Shown here in pieces: positions 49,365-58,790 of a DNA stretch of 64,000 nucleotides. The notes under the pieces are model-generated. The model worked only from the letters and a program-made list of their open reading frames with translations. It had not been told where the DNA came from and did no database searches. The stretch is from an uncultured Candidatus Saccharibacteria bacterium (GTDB lineage Bacteria > Patescibacteriota > Doudnabacteria > UBA920). The stretch covers positions 65,140-129,139 of the forward strand of contig CAZVXT010000002.1 of NCBI GenBank assembly GCA_964631145.1. Direction: 5' to 3'. The position numbers were made by a program, and so were the translations under genes. Positions within the stretch are counted from its first letter, which is position 1, and every line of letters starts with the position of its first letter.

Positions 49365-50627
49365 ATGATTAAAAAAAATGTTCAGCAACAACTCGCAGGG
49401 TTAGCAAAACAGATTTTGCAGAAGCATCGCCCAAAAATTGTGGGCATTACTGGTAGCGTTGGCAAAACTTCTACTCGCGACGCTATCGCAGCAGTATTGA
49501 AACAAGATTTCAAAGTTCGTAGTCCAAAAAAGAATTTCAATAATGAATTTGGACTTCCTTTTGCTATTTTAGGAGTGGATACGCCAGGTCGTAATCCACT
49601 GCTTTGGCTTTGGGTATTTATTAAAGGCTATTTGGTTTTGTGGATCGGACACTATCCAGAGGTATTGGTATTAGAAATGGGTGTAGATAGGGTCGGTGAT
49701 ATGGATTATTTACTTTCTATTGCACCCCCTGACATAGCAGTTCTTACTGCTATTGGGAGCTCTCATTATCAATATTTTCAAAGTATGGAAGCGGTAGCTG
49801 CAGAAAAAAGTAAGCTTATTGTTTTTCCTTCTGTACAGACTGTGATTATTAATGCTGATAATGATTTTGCTTTAGCCCAACAAACAAAAGTAAAGACTAA
49901 AATAATTACATACGGAAAATCCCAACAGTCCGTTGTTAAAATTAATATTTTGGAAGAAAAATTTACTTTACCCGCAACTACATACTTTAAAGTTGATACT
50001 GCATATAGTAGCTTCGAGTCTAAATTGTTTGCGGTGGGAACACCTCATTTATCGGCAGCTGCTGCAGCGGTTGCGGTTGGTCTAAGCTTAAATATGACTG
50101 TCGAAGATATCTGTAATGGTTTGCTAAGTTATAGACCAGTGCCAGGTAGATTAAATTTTATACAAGGTATTAAACAGTCTACTATTATTGAGGATAGTTA
50201 TAATGCATCTCCAGAATCCACTCTCGAAGCGTTACAGGTTTTATCTCGCATGCCTCAAACTCACAAAGTTGCCGTTCTAGGTGATATGTTAGAATTAGGT
50301 GATTTAGAAGTTAATAGTCACAAAGAAGTAGGGCAAGCGGCAAGTTCGGTTATTAACTTAGATTGGTTAATTGGTATTGGTCCGAGAGCAAAAATGATTT
50401 TAGAATCTGCTATTAGCTCAGGATATGACGAACGACAGACCAAATGGTTTGAGCACTCCACCGACTCCATAAGTTTTATAAAATCATTACTAGAGCCTCA
50501 GATGGCAGTTTTGATTAAAGGTTCTCAAGGAGTCAGGATGGAAATAATTAGTAAAGAATTACTTGCGGAGCCATCCGCAGCAGCACAGTTATTGCCTCGT
50601 CAATATGGTAAATGGCTTAATGATTAG
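49365..50627 (+). CDS. murF: UDP-MurNAc-tripeptide--D-Ala-D-Ala ligase
   Basis: GITGSVGKTS, FNNEFGLP, DSYNASP, LGDMLELG, KGSQG. Confidence 0.93.
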   Translation: MIKKNVQQQLAGLAKQILQKHRPKIVGITGSVGKTSTRDAIAAVLKQDFKVRSPKKNFNNEFGLPFAILGVDTPGRNPLLWLWVFIKGYLVLWIGHYPEVLVLEMGVDRVGDMDYLLSIAPPDIAVLTAIGSSHYQYFQSMEAVAAEKSKLIVFPSVQTVIINADNDFALAQQTKVKTKIITYGKSQQSVVKINILEEKFTLPATTYFKVDTAYSSFESKLFAVGTPHLSAAAAAVAVGLSLNMTVEDICNGLLSYRPVPGRLNFIQGIKQSTIIEDSYNASPESTLEALQVLSRMPQTHKVAVLGDMLELGDLEVNSHKEVGQAASSVINLDWLIGIGPRAKMILESAISSGYDERQTKWFEHSTDSISFIKSLLEPQMAVLIKGSQGVRMEIISKELLAEPSAAAQLLPRQYGKWLND

Positions 50628-50631
50628 ATAA

Positions 50632-51696
50632 ATGATTTTTAAAGCAAAACAAAAAAAACTGGATTCAAAAACTAGATTTCAACACCAAACTTTTACAAAG
50701 CAGTTAAAGGTGGCTAGTAGTTATAAGCGAAATACAAAACCTGTTCCAGAAAATCGTTTTGGTTATATTTTAAAGTTTGTTGGACTAAATTCCTGGTGGA
50801 AGCAGCTGTTAGTAGCTGTCTTTTTAGGAGTGATGTTATATTTGGTTTATATGCCAAACTTTTTAACTTTAAAAAATATCATAGTTAGCGGTATTGATCA
50901 AAATGGTCAGAATCAAATAATTTCTGACAGCCAAAAATATTTGAATGCCCAATTATTTTTGAAAGCCCCAAAAAATTTATTATTTTTAAGTACAAAAAAT
51001 TTAAAAAATTATTTAGCTCAAAATAAAGATATTAACCAAGTTGTAAATATTAAAAAAGATTTTTCCCATCAATCTTTGCATATTGATGTTGAGGCTAAAT
51101 ACACCCAGTTTTTACTTTATACTCCTCAATCGGTTTTTGATATTTATAATGACGGCAGCTTAAGATCTACAGCAGGGATTAAACCTGACCAATTTTTAAC
51201 TGTAGCAAATACCCAGATAATAAAATTATATACTGACGGCTTGTTGCCAGATGGAGAAAATATACAAATTATCACACCAGAGTATACTCAAAAAATCGTA
51301 GCTCTAAATAAACTTGTATTAGAAAAAATTAACTTAAACCTACTTTATTATAAAATTGAATCCCTTAATAAGAAAATCATAAATAATAATCAGGAAACGC
51401 AGTCCAATGATCAATCTGCAAATGGAGTTGTTACTACAGACAATATACAGCAATGGGAGATTGTAACTCCTTACAAAGCTTCAAGTATAGATTTTATTTT
51501 GACCCCTGACAAAAATTCTAATAATGGGTTTATAGTTAAGATTGATCCACAGTTGGATTTATCTAAAACCATAGATCAGTTAAGTAAATTACTCAATCAG
51601 ACTAGTAGCGAGAGGTTGCATTCATTATCGTATATAGATTTAAGGGTGCAGGATAAAGCTTATTTATGTCTTAAGAATACCGTTTGCAATAATTAA
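50632..51696 (+). CDS. FtsQ/DivIB-like cell division protein
   Basis: Single TM, POTRA-like region (I.VSG), C-terminal YIDLR motif. Confidence 0.65.
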   Translation: MIFKAKQKKLDSKTRFQHQTFTKQLKVASSYKRNTKPVPENRFGYILKFVGLNSWWKQLLVAVFLGVMLYLVYMPNFLTLKNIIVSGIDQNGQNQIISDSQKYLNAQLFLKAPKNLLFLSTKNLKNYLAQNKDINQVVNIKKDFSHQSLHIDVEAKYTQFLLYTPQSVFDIYNDGSLRSTAGIKPDQFLTVANTQIIKLYTDGLLPDGENIQIITPEYTQKIVALNKLVLEKINLNLLYYKIESLNKKIINNNQETQSNDQSANGVVTTDNIQQWEIVTPYKASSIDFILTPDKNSNNGFIVKIDPQLDLSKTIDQLSKLLNQTSSERLHSLSYIDLRVQDKAYLCLKNTVCNN

Positions 51697-51998
51697 AGGT
51701 AGTGAATTGACGTGGTTTTTTGTGACACCGATTCAAATGAAAGTTTTTAAATAAAATTAAAACGAGGGAATTTAGTTGCCTCGTTATTTTTTTTCTAATT
51801 TTTGTCAATAGAATATTGACAAGACGAGGGTGAAGTGTGGGCTGCTAATCCACACCCACTAACTTTAACGCAATGTTAAAGTCATTTATCAAATACAATT
51901 TCCCGTATTTGTGACAAAAAACAAAAACGCTTATATTTTATATAAAATATAAGCGTTCTTTCTTATTCATAAAATTAAAATATGAATTTTGCAGTGAG

Positions 51999-53543
51999 TT
52001 ATTCTACTTTATATTGTGTTGCTACTACCCAAGTTCCAACATATGGTCTTACTTCGGCAAAACCTTGTTCGTCGATTTGCTTCCAGTTTTTTGGCACCGC
52101 TGGCTTGCTTCCACCAAAACCATTTGTCCATATTACCCATATTACATCGCCGGTCTTTCCAGCTTCATTAAAGTCTAAAACCAAATCGTCATTGGTGAGA
52201 ATGGCTGTTCCAGCAAAATGAGGAAGATTTTCTACTTTGTTTTTATTGGTGTATAACAGTGGTTTTACTGATGTTTTGTTGTAATATTTATAATTAAAGA
52301 ATTCAAAGCTACTTGCTACAAATATTTTTTGATTAGACTGTACATTATTCGCTAACATTTTTGATAAAGCTGCCATGCCTGGTTTTTTATCTACTTTTAA
52401 TTCTTGCCAGTAATATGCAATGCTAAATAAATTTATAATGATGAGTACAATTAATGCAATTGTCTTTAAGCCATAAATTTTAATTTTTGTTATCCATAAG
52501 CTTACTAACATAAGCAAGAATGGACTTGCAAACAAAAAATATCTTACTAAATAAACAGAAGAATTGCTTCCAGAAAGCTTAGCTAATAGTGCAAAAAGTA
52601 GTGACCCAATAAACGGAGCTAAGAAAGTAAATAGGATTAAATATTTTTCTGGTTGATTATATGTTTTTATAACTTGCACGCATACCAAAATGACGAAAGC
52701 CAAGACTAATATCATTATAATATTGCCTGGTTGACCTATATGAATAAGCAAATCATATAATGTTTGTGGGACGCTCCACACATTGATGGGCGGTATCCAA
52801 TAACCACTACCAACTTGCTTGTATTGAAAGAGGAATACTTTTAACCAAGGAATAAATAAAATTAATATGCTAATTCCGCTTAAAATGATTAACCAGTATT
52901 TTTTAATATCCCATTTAAAAAATTTGATATTAAACCATAACCCATAAGCTCCTAACATTCCTACTGTAAAGAGTAAATAGTAATGGGTATAAATCATGGC
53001 GGCTGATGCTAGAATAAAGCCGACGTAATTTAAAATTAAAGACTTCTTATTTGTATTAGAATTTTCATAATAATCTTTAGTTAAATTTAGTGCTTTAGCT
53101 AAAAATATTGCTCCTAATACTGCAAGGAGTGCACCCATTGTGTACATTCTAGCTTCGGTGACATACTGTACGCTGAACGGATTTATTGCCACTAGTAAAC
53201 CAGCTATTAAAGCAGTTTTTACATCAAAATATTTTTTGATAAAAATATATACCAGACTAACTGTAGCAACTCCAAATGCTACTGACATTAATCTTAAAGA
53301 AAATAAAGAGTACCCAAAAATGTAATGCCAAATTCTTAGTACTATATAGTAAAGGGGTGGGTGGACATCCAACCCAATTCTATACATCATTTCTCCCCAT
53401 GAATACTTAATTAGTAGGGCAGAGAAGGCTTCGTCATGCCATAAGGAGATTTTTGTTAAATTGTATAATCTTACAATAATACCTAAAAGTGTAATAGATA
53501 ATATTGCAAAATGGGTTTTTATGTAGGTGTTGATTTTTTGCAT
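51999..53543 (-). CDS. GT-C superfamily (family 39/ArnT-like) membrane glycosyltransferase
   Basis: SLWHDEA, DVHPPLYY, EARMY motifs, many TM helices. Confidence 0.88.
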   Translation of the reverse strand: MQKINTYIKTHFAILSITLLGIIVRLYNLTKISLWHDEAFSALLIKYSWGEMMYRIGLDVHPPLYYIVLRIWHYIFGYSLFSLRLMSVAFGVATVSLVYIFIKKYFDVKTALIAGLLVAINPFSVQYVTEARMYTMGALLAVLGAIFLAKALNLTKDYYENSNTNKKSLILNYVGFILASAAMIYTHYYLLFTVGMLGAYGLWFNIKFFKWDIKKYWLIILSGISILILFIPWLKVFLFQYKQVGSGYWIPPINVWSVPQTLYDLLIHIGQPGNIIMILVLAFVILVCVQVIKTYNQPEKYLILFTFLAPFIGSLLFALLAKLSGSNSSVYLVRYFLFASPFLLMLVSLWITKIKIYGLKTIALIVLIIINLFSIAYYWQELKVDKKPGMAALSKMLANNVQSNQKIFVASSFEFFNYKYYNKTSVKPLLYTNKNKVENLPHFAGTAILTNDDLVLDFNEAGKTGDVIWVIWTNGFGGSKPAVPKNWKQIDEQGFAEVRPYVGTWVVATQYKVE

Positions 53544-53552
53544 AAATGCAAA

Positions 53553-55262
53553 TTAATTAAAATTAATAATATAAACTGCCAAAACTGTTTGGTTAAATTT
53601 ATTTCTATCTTCCCGCATTAGTTTGGCTTCAGGATGGTATTGCTTAAACTTTTTAATGTCAAAAATGCTAGATTGTGTAAAAACAATCTGGTCACCATTT
53701 TTTAAATTATTAAGTTTCCAAGAATCTTCAGGATCAACTTGTATATAAGGTTGATTTTGAGGGTCGTTAGCGTTGCTTGGATCGTGACTCGTAAAATACT
53801 CTACTGTCTGGACCGAAAACTTATCTAATATTAAATAAGTATTATTTTTATTGCCAAAAACTTTTAGATAATCTGAAACAACTGTTAAATCGCTTCTAAA
53901 AGCATAAAAATTTTCTGGTGAGTTAGCAGCTTTAACGAAATACAACACATAAGAGTAAGAAATTATACTTAATACATAAACAATAATTAAAGCATATTTT
54001 GCACCAGTCAATAATTTTTGCTTCGGAGTAGAAATTTGTGCCCAAAATTTGTTACAGATTTTTTCTGCAATTTCATACACTTTCCACAAGCCGATTGCAG
54101 ACATAATAAAGATAACAGGAATTGTTCCAATTGACCTTAGTCCATGGGGAATACCTTCTGCTGTCGTTATTACAGGAATTAACATAGACCAGAACCAGCC
54201 AGTTAGCAAAAAGTATGGCCATAAATATTGCTTTTTGATAGGAGATAATGCATAAACCACAGCCCAATAAAAACATAAAATTAATCCCAGTACAAAAAAT
54301 GGGGATATCATAATTGGCAAAAAACCTGCACCAGAAATATTATGACGCCAATTTAAATCTCCATCCATAAAGTAGGCTGTTAGGCTGGCACGGGTAACCT
54401 CAGTTATTGTTCCTATTAAATTGCCGTTGTTAAGTTCGGGATTAAATACAGATACTTGTCCGCTTCTACCGACAAAGCTATCTGGATGAGTATAAAAGTA
54501 GTGGGCAATAGGAGATATAACAATAATAAATGCTATGCCTGCAAACAAGATGCTCGTTAAATGAGTTTTTATGTTTGCCCACAATGGCTTTTGCCATAAA
54601 TAAGCAGCAATTGGCCAAAGAACTGCAATAAATATCAACGGTACCATAATGCGATAAGCAATATAGGTGTAAAAGCCTAATGCAAAAAAGGTTCCTGTTA
54701 AGATTGCATAAATATATTGTTTAGATTTTGTAGATGTCCTTATATAGCAAAGCAGTCCCAAAAAAGTCAGTGTTGTAAATAAAGGTATAAGATTAGCTCT
54801 GAATGCTGTGCGTGATAAAACAATATACCAACTAGAGCTTGCCATGAAGAAAGCGCTAATCAACGCAATCCAATTGGCTTTATTATTATTTTTTTCTTCA
54901 ATTATTTCGTCTGCATCAGATTGCTTTACTTGGGTTTGTAAAATTAATTTTCGAGTTAGATAGAAAGTAAAAATAGTTGCAAATAGTCCCACTAAAGCAG
55001 AAACTATGTGGTGTTGCCATGGTCCTTTTCCAAATATGGCTACACTTGCCCATAACATATAGAAAAATAAAGCTTCTCTACCATTTCCTCTCTCATAAAA
55101 TGGCTGTAAGTGCCCTTGCTGCATTAAATTAATATCTAGTCCGTTAGCAGCTTCATCAGGGAATAGTCCTCCTGGCATATGATTTATTTGCCAGAACCTA
55201 AAAAACGCCGCAAGGACGATAACGGCGATAAGTAAGTATTTTATATTTTTGTTCATTTTCAT
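53553..55262 (-). CDS. GT-C superfamily (family 39/ArnT-like) membrane glycosyltransferase
   Basis: PGGLFPDEA, SRTAFR, GFYTY, many TM helices. Confidence 0.85.
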   Translation of the reverse strand: MKMNKNIKYLLIAVIVLAAFFRFWQINHMPGGLFPDEAANGLDINLMQQGHLQPFYERGNGREALFFYMLWASVAIFGKGPWQHHIVSALVGLFATIFTFYLTRKLILQTQVKQSDADEIIEEKNNNKANWIALISAFFMASSSWYIVLSRTAFRANLIPLFTTLTFLGLLCYIRTSTKSKQYIYAILTGTFFALGFYTYIAYRIMVPLIFIAVLWPIAAYLWQKPLWANIKTHLTSILFAGIAFIIVISPIAHYFYTHPDSFVGRSGQVSVFNPELNNGNLIGTITEVTRASLTAYFMDGDLNWRHNISGAGFLPIMISPFFVLGLILCFYWAVVYALSPIKKQYLWPYFLLTGWFWSMLIPVITTAEGIPHGLRSIGTIPVIFIMSAIGLWKVYEIAEKICNKFWAQISTPKQKLLTGAKYALIIVYVLSIISYSYVLYFVKAANSPENFYAFRSDLTVVSDYLKVFGNKNNTYLILDKFSVQTVEYFTSHDPSNANDPQNQPYIQVDPEDSWKLNNLKNGDQIVFTQSSIFDIKKFKQYHPEAKLMREDRNKFNQTVLAVYIINFN

Positions 55263-55301
55263 AGGTTGTTTATGTTCATAAAGTTTTGTTATAATTGCTC
55301 T

Positions 55302-55655
55302 ATGAATCAAATTGGAAACCAAAACCCTAAGTTTGTTTCTTTTGCAAAGTATGCATGGCTTATTAGCCTTACTTTTTTAATTTTAACACTTCTTACTGTA
55401 ATTATCAAAATTTTCCGTGCTTCAGATATATCAGCTTTGCATTATAATGTGGTGCTTGGGGTAACTCAAATTGGCAGTAAATATCAATTATTAAAAGTTC
55501 CTGCAACAGGGCTAATTATCACGGCTATTAATTATCTGCTTGCGAAATTATCAGTAACTCGTCAAGATTTGATGCCGTTTTTATTAAGCCTGCTTACTTT
55601 ATTTATAAACTTTATTTTATTTATCTCAGCTATATTTTTATTTAACGTTAGTTAA
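55302..55655 (+). CDS. small membrane protein
   Basis: LHYNV..GV..IG motif, three TM helices; first gene of the GT2 operon. Confidence 0.65.
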   Translation: MNQIGNQNPKFVSFAKYAWLISLTFLILTLLTVIIKIFRASDISALHYNVVLGVTQIGSKYQLLKVPATGLIITAINYLLAKLSVTRQDLMPFLLSLLTLFINFILFISAIFLFNVS

Positions 55656-55659
55656 TTTT

Positions 55660-57312
55660 ATGTTTCGAAAACGAACTTTTAGAGAACGAGTTTGGGAAAT
55701 TATTCCTGGACTTTCATTTTGGACTGTAATTATTGCGGCAATATTATTGTCGTATTTTAAGCCTGTATGGGCAGCTGTGTTTATTGTATGCTTTGATCTT
55801 TACTGGGTGCTTAAAGCTTTAAATGTAGCAACTCATTTGATAGCTAGTTATAGACGGTTTAGAGTATATTCCAAAATAGATTGGATGGCTCTTTTACCTT
55901 TGTTGACTAATAAAAAACAGATACTGGATCAACTTACCTCTTATAAAACAAGTTCAAAAAAATTAATAGAAAAAAGAATTTGGTCTAAAGAGCTATCTCG
56001 TTTAAAAAGTCTAAATGATAACCAAGTTATACATAAACCTTTTACTGACTTTTATCATATGGTTATTATTCCTTTCGTGGACGAAAGTGTTGAAGTTTTA
56101 AGTACTACAGTTCAAGCTTTGGCTGACAGTAAATATCCTAAAGATAAAATGATGGTTGTTTTGGCTCGCGAAGAACGGGTTGGGGAAGAGAGCCAAAAAG
56201 TTGCAGATCAGATTTTGCAAAAATTTGATGGACAATTTTATAAAATGTTTGTCACACATCACCCAGACGGATTACCTGGGGAGATTAAGGGGAAAAGTGC
56301 TAATGCAAGCTATGCGGTCTCTTCTTTATTACCGGTGTTAACTCAATTAGGTATTGATTATGACAATGTTCTAATTTCTAATCTTGATAGCGATACCATT
56401 GTTCATCCTCAATATTTTGCTCGTGTAATGTACGAGTTTTTAACTAATGAAAAACCTTATCGTCGTAGTTATCAGCCTATTGCTATTTATAACAATAATA
56501 TTTGGGATAGTCCTGCGTTTATTCGCGTTGTTTCTGTTTCTAATTCATTTTGGCAGTTTACAGAAAGTAGTAGACCCGACAGGCTTAGGACGTTTGCTTC
56601 ACATACTATGACGCTACGAACTTTAATTGACGTAGGTTTTTGGAAAAAAGATATTATTAATGAAGATGGTTATATCTTTTGGCAATGCTATTTGCACTAT
56701 GAAGGAGAATATGAAGTTGTGCCATTATTTTTGCCAGTGTCATTAGATACATGTTTGGCAGATACTTTTTGGCAAACTCTTATTAATCAATATAAGCAAA
56801 AACGTCGCTGGGCTTATAACGTTGAATACTATCCTCATCTAATTTCTAAATTGGTGTTTAGTCGGGCTCCATTTTTTGATCGCATGTACAAATTATTTCA
56901 GTATGTAGAAGGTAATTTTAACTGGGCAACTGCCAGCTTGCTGATTACTGTTATGGGTAGACTTCCTTTATTAATTGGAGGTGAGGCATTTCAACAAAGT
57001 GTTATTGGATATAACTTACCTCAAGCAACGAGTTGGTTGATGATAATTGCAACTGCATTTTTGATTTTTAGCGTATATATTAATTTGATATTGTTGCCGC
57101 CAAGACCGGCTAAGTATGGACCAATGCGCAGCGTGATGATGTATTTGCAATGGTTTTTGGTTCCAATAACTTCTGTAGTATTCGGTAGTTTGCCAGCCAT
57201 TGAAGCACAAACAAGATTGATGCTAGGTAGATACTTAGAATTTTGGGTCACTCCAAAAGCTCGAAAGGGCGAGGTTACTGCCGGCGGTCTTGAAGAAATG
57301 AAAGGGGTATAG
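55660..57312 (+). CDS. processive GT2 family glycosyltransferase
   Basis: GKSAN, DSD (DxD), EDG, QKRRW (QxxRW), flanking TM helices. Confidence 0.88.
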   Translation: MFRKRTFRERVWEIIPGLSFWTVIIAAILLSYFKPVWAAVFIVCFDLYWVLKALNVATHLIASYRRFRVYSKIDWMALLPLLTNKKQILDQLTSYKTSSKKLIEKRIWSKELSRLKSLNDNQVIHKPFTDFYHMVIIPFVDESVEVLSTTVQALADSKYPKDKMMVVLAREERVGEESQKVADQILQKFDGQFYKMFVTHHPDGLPGEIKGKSANASYAVSSLLPVLTQLGIDYDNVLISNLDSDTIVHPQYFARVMYEFLTNEKPYRRSYQPIAIYNNNIWDSPAFIRVVSVSNSFWQFTESSRPDRLRTFASHTMTLRTLIDVGFWKKDIINEDGYIFWQCYLHYEGEYEVVPLFLPVSLDTCLADTFWQTLINQYKQKRRWAYNVEYYPHLISKLVFSRAPFFDRMYKLFQYVEGNFNWATASLLITVMGRLPLLIGGEAFQQSVIGYNLPQATSWLMIIATAFLIFSVYINLILLPPRPAKYGPMRSVMMYLQWFLVPITSVVFGSLPAIEAQTRLMLGRYLEFWVTPKARKGEVTAGGLEEMKGV

Positions 57313-58379
57313 TGCAAGCTTATTATTTAATTTATTTGGCTATAGCCGCTGCTTTTGCTGTATTATTTACACCTGCAGTTAAGTATTTTGCTTTTAAATA
57401 CGGCTTTATGGATATTCCTAAGCCTCCGCGTAATCTTCATGCTAAACCGATTCCTAAATTAGGTGGATTAGCAGTTTATTTATCTTTTGTTTTGGTGCTG
57501 ATTGGTTATCTTTATTTTGGTAATATAGATTTTCAAATTTTGCCTTTAAAATTTATTTTAGCTTTAATTTTAGGTGGTCTAGTTTTGATGATTGGTGGAT
57601 TAATAGATGATAAATATGATTTATCTGCAAAATGGCTTTGGATGTTTCCTGCTATTGCAAGTTTAATAGTTGTTTTATCTGGAATCGGTGTAGGTATTAA
57701 GTTTTTAACTAATCCTTTTGGTGGTACGGTCAGCTTGGATTATTTGTGGTTTGGCATGCCTCTATCTGGAATTGTAGTTTTTTTGTGGCTAATGGGTATG
57801 ATGTTTACTTCAAAATTTTTGGATGGTATAGATGGCTTAGTGGCAGGTATTGGAGTAATTTCTGGGTTTACTATGTTTGGTTTATGTTTAACTTCTACTG
57901 TGGATCAGCCTATGATTGCCAATATTGCAATTATTTTTGCCGGCAGTCTATTAGGATACCTAATTTATGCTTGGCATCCTGCAAAGATATTTTTAGGAGA
58001 AGGTGGAAGTACATTTGTTGGTTTTGTTTTAGGTGTACTATCAGTAATTTCCGGTGCCAAAATCGCGACTGCATTGTTAGTAATGGGTATTCCAATTTTA
58101 GATGTGGCATGGGTAATACTTCAAAGACTTATTGCTGGAAAAAGTCCTTTTAAAGGAGATCGATTGCATTTGCATTTTAGACTTTTAGATCTTGGACTTA
58201 GTCAAAGACAAGTAGTGGTGATTTTGTATAGCTTGTCTGCGCTGTTTGGAGTTATAGCGATATTTTTGCAAAGTATGGGCAAGTTAGTTGCATTAGGTGT
58301 ACTATTTGCATCCATGATTAGCGTTTTAACTTTGTTATATTATTTGTATAAAAAGAAAAAGAAGTTAGTACAAAATTAA
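57312..58379 (+). CDS. WecA/TagO-type polyprenyl-phosphate sugar-1-phosphate transferase
   Basis: P.LGG, GLIDD, DGIDGL, PAKIFLGE.GS, D..HLHFRL. Confidence 0.88.
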   Translation: MQAYYLIYLAIAAAFAVLFTPAVKYFAFKYGFMDIPKPPRNLHAKPIPKLGGLAVYLSFVLVLIGYLYFGNIDFQILPLKFILALILGGLVLMIGGLIDDKYDLSAKWLWMFPAIASLIVVLSGIGVGIKFLTNPFGGTVSLDYLWFGMPLSGIVVFLWLMGMMFTSKFLDGIDGLVAGIGVISGFTMFGLCLTSTVDQPMIANIAIIFAGSLLGYLIYAWHPAKIFLGEGGSTFVGFVLGVLSVISGAKIATALLVMGIPILDVAWVILQRLIAGKSPFKGDRLHLHFRLLDLGLSQRQVVVILYSLSALFGVIAIFLQSMGKLVALGVLFASMISVLTLLYYLYKKKKKLVQN

Positions 58380-58400
58380 GATTTATTGTATAATAAAAAT

Positions 58401-58730
58401 ATGGAAATTAAATTAAACCCCGAACAATTAAACTCTGACATTGATAAAAATGAAGAATTTGCAGCGTCCGAAGTTGATCATGATATTAATCGTGAGCCTC
58501 ATATAAAAAATTCTGAACCTATTACATCACAAGAAAATACCAATGATTTGCCTAATTTAGTAATAGAGCCAATTGAAACTACCAAGCACGATCAATTGGA
58601 CTTAGAGCAAAATGAAGAAGAGCAAAACCACTTGTTTGAGCAAAGAGTGGAAGAAGCTGCTATAAAAGAGAATAATTTGGTAGATTCTAACTCCGCGTAC
58701 GAGCTTACAAAAATTTTAAACGGCGAGTAG
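58401..58730 (+). CDS. hypothetical acidic protein
   Basis: ORF in line with flanking genes. Confidence 0.55.
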   Translation: MEIKLNPEQLNSDIDKNEEFAASEVDHDINREPHIKNSEPITSQENTNDLPNLVIEPIETTKHDQLDLEQNEEEQNHLFEQRVEEAAIKENNLVDSNSAYELTKILNGE

Positions 58731-58790
58731 TATTTAAACAAATAGTCAAAAAATAACACAATAACAAAACTCCAAACAAAAATATAATTA

